Source: Folioceros fuciformis (Eukaryota). From it: 20,000 nt of DNA. The stretch lies in NCBI GenBank assembly GCA_049999805.1, contig JBNGIO010006220.1, positions 142,975 to 162,974 of the forward strand, read 5' to 3'. A model generated the notes under the pieces. The model did not search any database, was not told the origin of the DNA, and saw only the letters and a list, made by a program, of their open reading frames with translations. Both the position numbers and the translations under genes were made by a program. Positions within the stretch are counted from its first letter, which is position 1. Every line of letters starts with the position of its first letter. Shown here one piece after another: positions 10,738 through 20,000 of this stretch.

Positions 10738-11188
10738 GTAAGCAAGGTTGCAGTGGTTGAGCTAGGGCATGTCATATATATGGCCTTGTTCTTAGGAGGT
10801 TGAAGCCTCTCTTCATATACAATCCAAAAACTTATTAAACCCCTTTCTAATTTTTGCTCGTTCACTTGCATCACATATGATCCAAAGATTTGGCCCTTCA
10901 GCTCTTACACACTGAAATCCAACATTTATCTTCTAGTTAAATGACCCATAAAACCCAAATTCTAATTTTCCTCTTCTTCACATGTATTACAAATTAAAAT
11001 ATCTATACAAAATTATTCCTAGTAAGACTCCACGACAAAGTTGGAGTTTGAAATCAATTTGTTAAATCCATATTTTCCTCTAGACCATCTTATATCATGG
11101 CCCTTCACCATTGGGAGACTAAAAATTGGTAGGTCAAACTATTTTGTGAACATCAAATCAAGGTTCAAAGGTTAAGTATTATAATGTT

Positions 11189-11193
<5 letters not shown>

Positions 11194-11223
<30 letters not shown>
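11194..11223. repeat. (AT)15 microsatellite
   Basis: Perfect AT dinucleotide run. Confidence 0.95.
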
Positions 11224-11225
<2 letters not shown>

Positions 11226-11645
11226 TGAATTAAAGTAAAACTTAGCATGCATAAGTTTTATAGGAGATAATCCTTATCCTAGAGATCTAGTGTATATACA
11301 TCAAGAAATATATATATGTTAAATTACATAAATAATTTATAAATGTATAAATATATGATATAAGAGTTAAGAAAATTTAATGATGAAGTTATAATATTAA
11401 AACAACATATCCTAATAACGTTCTTGGTATTACATGCAGACAGACGTACAGTCTCCACCATAAGTAAACAAGCAAATTGACACGCCAGAGATTAGTGTAC
11501 AATGGTTCAACGTACCCGTGTGGAACTGGGCTGCCTACTTTAGCTTCCTAAGTCACAGGGCAAAGAATTGTTGAATTTGTTCCAGGGGTTGGGTGAGGAG
11601 CCTGAAGTTGAGCTTGACCGTAATTGCAGTCCCCGAATCCTTTGG

Positions 11646-14600
11646 TCAGTAGGCAGCAATGACTTCACCTTTCATGCCGAGTGCAAGTGCCCCCAATTCC
11701 GCACTGTCCTCCATCTTCAAGCCGGGTAACAGTAACGCCCTAGAACCGACGTAGCAGCTCTGTCCGATCTCGCTGGCTTTGAATCCAACTTTTCCTCCTT
11801 CATACAGATGTCCGAAGACGAGAGCATTTCTGCCCACAGCAGTGCCAGCTCTGACTGTCAGCAGATCAGGGTTGAGAGTCAGAAGGGTGTCCATGTAGGC
11901 CACTCTTCCTGCAGAGTCCCCAATGTTTGCTCCAAGTAATTGTAGGTAGATTGAGCCAAGGAGAGAGCCTTTGCCGAGCTCTAGGAAGCTGTTGGACAGG
12001 AGCAGGTTGATTGCTTGCCATGTTGTGTCCCGTAGGGATGTGAAGCCCCACAGTGCGCTGGAACTGCCATCTCTGGTTCTTCCTACCAAGGCCCAACGGG
12101 AGGCGACACTGAATCCTGTGAAGAGGAGGCCGGACAGAAGATATGCTACAGGGAGCAGAGACAGCATCCAGGAAGGTCCTGCTCTTGCTCCGACGAAGGA
12201 GAGTGCGAGTAGTGAGGGATAGTAGGCAAGAGCAAACAGCGTGATGGGAATGAAAAGCTGGAGAAGAGGTTGCATCCAACGACATAGAGCTTGGTTCAGG
12301 ACTTTGCCAAGAGTCAGCACTTCCTGATCTGACGTCTGTTGTTCCATGTCGTGTGGTTTCTTCAAGCCGTCGGTTGGTCCGGCCCGGTCATGGGGTTCCG
12401 CGGTGCGTGTTAGAGCTGGCATCTGCTGGTACCTGCTGGGAGATATTTCAAGGTTCCCTCCCGACACTGCTGGACAAGCAGCGCCTCTCGATTGTTTCCG
12501 TTCTTGCTCCCGCGCCTCTGGAAGTTGCAGCATGACATCAGCTTGCTTAAGTAGCCTCTCCCAAGATGGAGGCAGCGGCTGTCCTGTTCGAAGATATTGA
12601 GCAATGCTATATGCCAGGGAGCGACCATGGTCAATAGAAGCATTTTCCAACGCTGTCTTAGCTGTGACCATATCAATGCTTCTTGTGCCATTTATGGGGT
12701 TGAATCGAAGACGCTCAGTAACCTCTCCATCCAAAATCTCAGTCAGGTGTACCATGCCCACGTCTGTATAATGGTAGGCAGCTTCGTCCCAAGGTTTGGT
12801 GCAGTCAAGCGCATCTTCATTCTCAGTCATGTCTTCTGAGACAGGACGCAGCTGAAGCTGGAAGACGTACTTCACTCCATCCGCAGACAGCAACCTCTTT
12901 CGAAAGTCGTCTGCCAAGAACCGGGGCGGACGAGTATCACTGGGACTTCGAGGAATTGCTCCGGTTTCGGGTGGAATGAAATCGAATGCCTCCACTTTTC
13001 CTTCGTCTTCGCCGAAACGCTCATCTGCTGGACGCATCCTGAACTTGACAAAGTACTCCTGCGAGCTTCCAGACACGCGAAAGAGCCTGGCCACATTGGA
13101 GTAGTAGTGCAGCTCAGCATAGGAATTAGGTAGTCGAAGAGAGTCCCATGATGCGATGCCAGACCGCGGATTCTTCTGCACAAAGGCCACCCTCTGCTCG
13201 TGGCTTTTCATCATGTAGTTGACGAAGTCCACCATGTTCCTGCAATTGAAAGCTCTCCCTGACTTCATTGTCAGATCAAGCATGCTCTGCTCAGCATCTG
13301 ATTCTGACCCGGGTCTCAGAAGTCTCAACGACGCTCCCCGTCCATCGCTTCTGGCATCGTCATCCCCACTCAGACTGTTGCTGTGGCGGATAATGACTCC
13401 ATAGGTCTTGCCAGGAGCGAAGACGTCATGCGCCTGGATGGTATCCGGAAGGTTGCTCAATATGGTCAAGGTGCCCTTTCCTGCCACTCCCAGACGGTGG
13501 AAGAATCTTGCATCCACGGACAGCGTCGTCTTGGCGATGTTCGCAGCTAGGTTCGCAACCAATTTCTTGTAGAGGGGATCCATCTCTCGGATTCGGAGGT
13601 CTTCATCGTTCACCTCTTGCTGTTTCTTGGATTTGGATGGTGCGTTGCCATCTGCAGCATTCTGGTATATCATCACGGGGTTTTCCACACCAACGTACAC
13701 GCCTCCTGCTTTCAGGACAGAGCCAGTAACTGCCACTGAATTTGCTCCGAGGAGAGCCCTGTCCTCCAGCTTCACTCCTGGCAAAAGAACACCCTGTGCC
13801 CCCACAATACATTTCGAACCCACCTCCACCCTGCCAAAATGCATAGAGTGCTTATATTTCGCCTGCTTCACAACAGTCTGGGTCACGGTGCTGGTGATGA
13901 TCTTTGCGAAGTCCCCAAGATGGGATTCATCTCCCAGCGTTAGCAGGTCAGGATCAAGCAAGGCATTGATTCCACGGATGGATGCCATGTTGCCTACCCT
14001 GGCCCCTAAGCTGCGCAGGTAGCACACCAGTGTTTGCGTCCCGGACAAGAACATGGTGAACTTCATGTGTGCAGCAGTTAGCAGGCGGTGCACCAGCCAG
14101 ACTCTGAAGCCCAGGTCCGAATTTACGGGCAGAGCTCCATCCTTGCTCGTTCTCTGGGAAATAGCATTGCCTACGAGGTGCCACTTGAACAGGCAGGTGA
14201 TGGCGCCCAGAGTGAAGCCGTAGACCAAGTAAGCAGCCCCTGAGCAAGCAACTATTAGCAAGGCATCCCTGGAGTTGGCAAACCTGTAGAGGAAGTTGAA
14301 GATGAGCTCGGAGTTCTGGAAAGCTAGGAGAGGTGACAGTCCCGCCATCGCCCATGGCAGAGTTGCTGCAACAGGAAAGCAGAAGAAACCAATCCGAACA
14401 GTGGAGGCAAGTCCTTTGAGTGGACTGCTGTCCTGTATGACCAAGAGCCTGGAGGTGAGCCAGAGAAAGGAGATGTAGGACACGATGGCGGAGACTGTGG
14501 ACACCAGTCCCACAACATACAATCCCCACAGATGCCTCAGCGCTATATGGTACTGGCCCCCCTTTTCAATTTTCACTCCCTGCATCATCAACGTTCAAGC

Positions 14601-17600
14601 AAATTTCAGATCATGGTGTGCTGTGTTCTGTGATCTAGCATCAAGATGGATGATACATACCGGTGTATTGGCAGCAACGTTAACCTGGTCGCCGCGATGC
14701 TTCTTGGCCACCTTTTCACCGATCTCTGTCCTTCCCAAGGCGGGAATGCTTGCTCCAGCGTCTAGGATGGTGCCCTGCTGCACCACTGCGTAAGGTCCGA
14801 CGACGGAACCAGTGCCGATTCGTATAGGTCGGAATCTGACGACCCCTCCCCGCACGTCATGGCTTTGGACGGTCGCACCCTCGCTGACGACAGCACCATT
14901 GCCAACATAGAGCAGGGAGGGATCTGTGATATCCGTACTGTCCAGAAATACATGCTTCCCAATCTGAGCTCCAAGCAGCCGGTACCAGCAGGAGAGGAAG
15001 ACGGTTCCTCGGAGATGGATTCCCACGACATGGTTGGAGGCGAAATCACAGAGACGATAGAGCACCCACCACTGCACATAATCCAAGGACCAGAGGGGAA
15101 TGGCTGTCTGGATGGAGTAGTTCGGCCTGAGCAAAGTGGTGGCGAAGAAGGAGATGCTGAGGGCAGTCAAGGCAAGGTAAGCAATCCAGGCCACAGGCAA
15201 GAGCAGTATGGAGATGAGGAGGGAGGAAAGCCGAGGCAAAGCTGCGTCTTCAGCAGTACCAGGGGTGTAGAGCAGCTTAGCGAGCTGCCCGTAAACGACG
15301 AAGGCCGGAAAGATGATCACAGATGCAATATACAGCAGGCCCAGGACCTGAAGGCACGTAATGACCAGCTTCCGTCTGGAAGAAGGCTCCAGTGCGGATG
15401 CCAGATCGGCATCCGGAATAAGCTCTGTCTCAATCTCCTCCTCAACCAGCCCTCTATCATACCCATCATGATCCAGAGCAGGAGCGTGTACGGCCACTAC
15501 AGGCACATGGGAGATGTGACCTTTGCTTGCTGCGGGAGTGATGGAGGCCTTGTTGAGCAGGGAGAGGGCCATGCTGCTGAGCTCGGAGATGGAACCCGCA
15601 GTGTAGACATCGATGGCCGCAATGTGGACTCCTAGAAACTCCGAAAGCTTCTGCGCTGCCCACACCACCCCAACAGAATCGATCCCGAACGACGTAAGAG
15701 CATCCGTGGTGGAAATCTCGTGGGTCTCCAATCCGGTCCTCTCTCCCACGAGAGTCACAAGATAATCTCGGATTTCCCTCTCGCTCTTCATCCGCCCAGA
15801 GGCTGCAGCTACTTCCACGGCAAGGGAGTTCACAGCCTTCCCATACCCACGCTCTCCGATAGCGACGCTCCCCTGTTCCCTGGGCTCCGGTTTCCCCTTC
15901 GAGCACGCCTCCTTGGCCAGGAGGCCATCGGCCATGTCCGCGAGCTCGGCGATGCATCCCGCGGTGTAGATGTCGATGGCCGCAATGTGGAGCCCCAGGA
16001 AATCCGATAGCTTGGACGCCGCCCACACTACGGCCACCGAATCGATGTTGTAGCTTGTGAAGCTGTGCGTCTCAGAGATTTCCGGTGCAGCAATCCCGGT
16101 CTTCTGTGCCAGAATCTCGCGCAAGAACGCTGTGATATCCGCCCTGCTGGGCCTTCCACGCCCATGCTCGCGGGCAGGTGCAGTCGCGGCATCGCTGGAA
16201 TCCAAAGCGTGGGTCCCGCGGCCAGCACCGGGGAGAGAGGAAACCTGCATGTTGATCGGGGCAGAGTCGCTTCTCCTCATCATCCTCGTCCTGCTCCTTG
16301 CTCTGGGACTCACCAGCACATTCGGCTTCGCAGTGACGAGAGTCCCGTTCAGGAATCTCTGGAGACATTCCAGACGCCGTATCTTCCCGGACGTGGTCTT
16401 GGCGATGGTTCTGGGCTTCACCAGATTGACGTGTGCCACCTCCACGCCGTGCTCTGCTGCCACAGCCGACTTGATCTTCCCGACCAGCTCCGGGTCGACG
16501 TACTTGTCATCCCGCACCTCCGTCACCACGACGATCCCCACATCGTCCGGGCCGGATCCCGCGGCGTCGCCGACGTTGAGAATCCTGTGCAGGGCCGACA
16601 CAGGAGCCCCGAAGGCGGCGCTGCAGCCGGGGCGGATCCCCGTGGTGCAGTTCTCCACCGTCTTCTCGATGTCTGAGGGGTAGATGTTGCGCCCGGCCAC
16701 GATGATGAGGTCCTTGATGCGTCCCGTGAGGAAGAGCATGTCACCAACCAGGCGACCGAGATCACCGGTGCGGAGAAACGTGCGCCCTGCTTGGCCCGCA
16801 GCGCTGCCGGCCACGGGTGGATGACTGCTCTTGACGACATTGTGGAACACCTCCTTGCTCAGCTCCTCCAGCCCCCAGTACCCTATCCCGGAGCTGGGGC
16901 TGCTCACCCAGATTTCCCCTTCCTTCCCCTCCGCCACTTCCTCCCCGGTTTCGGGATTCACAACCCTGATGTCCATGTCCTGGTCCCCCCGCTCCACGTA
17001 CCCGCAGCATACCCTGTTCTCCCAGTCCAGGTAAATCGGCCGCTGCTGCCCGTACGCGACGCAGACGAAGACGCTGTTCTCCGCAAGCCCGTATCCAGGA
17101 GCCACGACCTGCACGCACCATTCCAATTCAGGTGTCGGAATTCACAACTGCTGCTGCGGCAATGAAAATGGGGATTCCCGCCTTAGAGGTTCACCTGCTC
17201 TCGTAGGCCGGAAGGTCGGAATATGTCCAAGAATCGGGACACGGTCTGGTGGCGGACGGGCTCGGCAGAGATCATGATGAAGCGGAGGGAGGAGAGGTCG
17301 AAGGTGGGCACGGGCCGGCCGCTGCTTCTCAGCATTTCCATCCTTCGGATGGTGAGCTCGAAGGCAAAGTTGGGGCCGGCAGTGTGCGTGCCGCGGTAGG
17401 TGCTGAGGGCCTCCATCCACAATAAGGGCCTCTTGATGAAGGTGACGGGGGAGAAGAGGAGCGCCGTCCCTCCCGACACGAGGGCGGTGAAGAGGCCGCC
17501 GATGAGGCCCATATCATGGTACTGCGGGAGCCAGCTGACGAGAACCGTCCTGGAGCTGCTCTTGTAGTGCCGCCGCATGAGCTTCACGTTGTGGATGAGG

Positions 17601-20000
17601 CCTGCGTGGGTGATCATGACGCCCTTGGACTCCCCTGTGGATCCCGAAGTGAACTGGAGGAAGCATACATCTGCGGGATGCGGGGCCTCGAATTCGAACG
17701 TCTCTGCGGACTCCGACGAGGACTCAGAGCTGGAGTAGCCGTTGTCTCTGTCTCTGGGGCTGGTGCTCAGGCCTGGCTCGTCCAGGCTGCTGCTGCTGCC
17801 GCCTTCGCTACCGGACCTGAAGCTGCCGGAGCGGACCGAGTCGGAATTGAAGCTAGAGTTCCTTTTGGGCGAAGGCGGGGGCCGCAGAAACCTGAGGGAC
17901 CTGGGCGACATAGCCTGGGAGTCGGCGTCCGCCGGGAAAGAGGACCTGGTGCTGATCTGCCCGGGGCTGAGCTTGTCCAGGAGCCAGTTGGTCCACCTGG
18001 GCGCGGCCGTGCCGGAGCGCGCATTCCTGGTCCACATGTCTGTGTGATACCACGGCAGGTCCGGCCAGTGCGGGTCCTGGGAGCCCACCAGGCCCGAGGA
18101 CGTGATGCGGCTCTTGAGCATGCCTGCCTTGACGCCGATGTGGTAAGTGGATGTGGACAGAATGGCCTTAGCGGCGCAGGATTTGGCCACATTCTGCACC
18201 TTGAGCAGAGCCTGGGCGCTGCCCGTCGTCCCGGGGTCGGGCGGGATGAGCGGCACTGGTAACACCTGCGGCACCCACAGCACGAATTGGCCACGGAGTC
18301 AGGAGTGTGAGATTCAAGCTGGCTTCCACATTGTTGGAAGCAGGCAGGGCAGGCAGCTGGGGGTGAAGCGTCCATTACTCGAGCGCGGAGACAGCCGAAG
18401 AAGGCGTCCACGAAATCCAGGCCGGGCGGGTGCAGGAGCAAGACGCGGTCCCCGTACTTGAGCTTGGACCTGCTGGTGAGCAGGCGGTGCGCTACGATGG
18501 AGGCTCGCAGATTCAAGTCGGCGTAGGTTCTGGCGTCGGATTCCTTGCCCTGATCATCCAGCCACGTGTAGAGCACCTTATCCTTGGTCACTTCGTGTTT
18601 GGCAAAGAAATTGAGGTAAGCGTCCAGGGTGGGCAGGTCTGGGAACGTGATCCCAGGAGCTTCACTCAGCTCCTCGACAGCGTAGGCTGTGCCTGTGCGT
18701 GCCAAAATCCCACTGCGCCTCCCGCTCTCCACCTCAGGCTCACGCTCAGGTACTTGGATTAGCCTCTGCAAGAAGGAGCTGAAAAGAATGAGTAAAAATT
18801 GGTGCGAGGCGGCAGCCCAGACAGCCTTGGCTACAGCCCCAGCCTTGCCCAGACCACCACGCCCTGTCCTTTGTGTGTGGAAAGCAAAGGATCACCTTGA
18901 CATAGGGCAGAGTGAGGTGTGTAGAGCCGAAGTGTTGCGCGACTAAGCTGATGGAGAAGGCAGCATTTCTCTCGGTGAGCTCAAAAGCTAACAAGCCTCC
19001 AACGTAGTAGGTGTTATTCTGGCCTTGCAATCTGGTCATGTCGTCGTAGAAGCCAGCTTTCATATCTGCATCGGCATTGGGATTGGGATTGGCATTGGCA
19101 TTGGCCCAGTACCAGAATTCGGTTAGAACTTTGAAGTGGGAAGTGGCAAGCGAGGAGGAGATGCCGGCACCGTACTTGTACCCACCTTCACTCTGTACAT
19201 GCGGGAAGTAATTCCACTTGCGTTGCAAAATAAACTCTTCGACGGTGCCTCCGATTTTCTGCACATCTTCGTATACCAAGGCGGTGACTGTGTCCTGCAG
19301 GATTTGTGCATTCCCGTAGGACCAAAACAGGAAAACGTCTGTATCGGGGAAAAATCTTTGCATGGCCACAGGGTGGCCTATCGTGTCGGGGTCGCGGATG
19401 TATTGTTTGAAATGATAAAAGCCAGCTGGAAGGTGCTCTAGACCTTGGATTCTAACCACCGTCGTGTAGTACTCCACTGTGCGCACCTTGGAGAAGCAGA
19501 TGCGTTCTGCTAGCGTCCATCGCAGCAATGGCTCGGCACCGGCTGACGCTGTTTCTGTTTCGGCTGCTGCATCCACATGGTCCGTCCGGCGGGGAGGAAA
19601 TGCCGTCACTCATTCAGTCTGAGACCTCGCTGTCGTTTGGACAGAAGTGCAATGCAAACGCAAATGCAAGCAGCCATCAGCGAATAGGGAGCAGGGAGAA
19701 AGGGATCACTCACTCGCAGACGGCGGCGAGGTCGGGGATCGATATGTGGGATTGGTGCGGAACGGGAGAGCCCCGGTGACGATGATCTTGTCGAACTCCA
19801 GGTCCAGCAGCGACGATTCCCCGGCTTCGGCTTCGGCGGGGGCGACCAGGACGGTAACAGGGCCGGTGTCCGGTCGGCAGATGCGGGTCACCCTGGTGTT
19901 GCAACGGACATCGGAGAGCGAGGCTGCCAGCTTGCGCCACAAGCTGGTGTAGCCGCCTTTCACCCGCGCGATCCTGCCGAGCACCGAGCTCCGATTGAAT
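11646..20000 (-). CDS. Multidomain NRPS-like lipid enzyme: FAD oxidoreductase/fatty-acid-isomerase-like + FAAL-like adenylation + 2 ACP + TM/beta-helix repeats + catalase-related AOS-like haem domain (5'-truncated)
   Basis: Exons on minus strand: >20000-19714, ~19566-19186 (acceptor uncertain, several in-phase CAGs), 19065-18896, 18765-18379, 18265-17195, 17108-14685, 14579-11646 (TGA). All introns are GT-AG with consistent phases, giving about 2550 aa in the window. This joins ORFs 19706-19984, 18746-19609, 17767-18771, 17183-18283, 14595-17126 and 11646-14591. Confidence 0.9.
12590..13515 (-). other. Domain: catalase-related haem enzyme (allene oxide synthase / hydroperoxide lyase-like)
   Basis: RFFHRLG (distal His 13497-13499), IIRHSN...DDDARSDGRGASLR, LR.P.SY.EL.YYS, FQLQL, PWDE, FNP, RSLAY (proximal Tyr 12609-12611). 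Confidence 0.88.
15557..16149 (-). other. Domains: two tandem phosphopantetheine carrier (ACP/PCP) domains
   Basis: SFTSYNIDSVAVV (Ser codon 16038-16040) and ALTSFGIDSVGVV (Ser codon 15675-15677), each followed by KLS.FLG.HIAAID.YTAG.I.EL. Confidence 0.88.
16345..18645 (-). other. Domain: fatty acyl-AMP ligase-like adenylation domain
   Basis: GDRVLLLHPPGLDFVDAFFGCL, FLQFTSGSTGESKG (P-loop), SWLPQYHDMGLIGG, GPNFAFEL, AEPV, PGYGLAE, FLRTGDLG, GRIKDLII, KTTSGKIRR. Confidence 0.93.
18896..20000 (-). other. Domain: FAD-dependent oxidoreductase, C-terminal part (amine-oxidase fold, PUFA-isomerase-like)
   Basis: KGGYTSLWRKLA, FDKIIVTG, QRKWNYFPHVQSE|DMKAGFYDDMTRLQGQNNTYYVGGLLAFEL. Confidence 0.8.

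Noticed and set aside
11646-17126. Two separate operon-like genes (14595-17126 and 11646-14591)
   Set aside because: Joined in phase 0 by a canonical intron, CAG|GTTAAC (14684) to ATGCAG|GGA (14580). The TM/beta-helix repeat series continues across the junction.
14859-18762. Long + strand ORFs (for example 14859-15635, 16057-16683, 17516-18262)
   Set aside because: Antisense shadows of GC-rich exons of the minus-strand gene, with no recognisable motifs.

Overview
Eukaryotic, land-plant-like genomic DNA with compact introns of about 70-190 bp. Two convergent intron-containing genes flank an AT-rich, repeat-rich 6.4 kb spacer. On the + strand (<1..5235) is a 20-exon RELCH/KIAA1468 homologue (LisH + coiled coil + HEAT repeats). 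It contains a clear U12-type AT-AC intron (4610-4703) and a probable GC-AG intron. On the - strand (>20000..11646) is a giant 7+-exon gene (about 2550 aa inside the window, N-terminus missing) for an NRPS-like lipid-processing megaenzyme. Its order is: FAD oxidoreductase resembling polyunsaturated fatty-acid isomerase; fatty acyl-AMP ligase-like adenylation domain; two tandem carrier (ACP/PCP) domains; [TM pair + left-handed beta-helix] x2; catalase-related allene-oxide-synthase/hydroperoxide-lyase-like haem domain; [TM pair + beta-helix]. This is the best candidate for an undescribed system, a possible membrane-bound oxylipin/fatty-acid assembly line. The spacer holds a disrupted, intronless TGS1 (trimethylguanosine synthase) pseudogene fragment, several minisatellites (25/23, 72, 48, 47 and 34 bp units), a three-copy dispersed AT-rich repeat, an (AT)15 microsatellite and a 10-N assembly gap. 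Family assignments come from remembered motifs; no database search was run.
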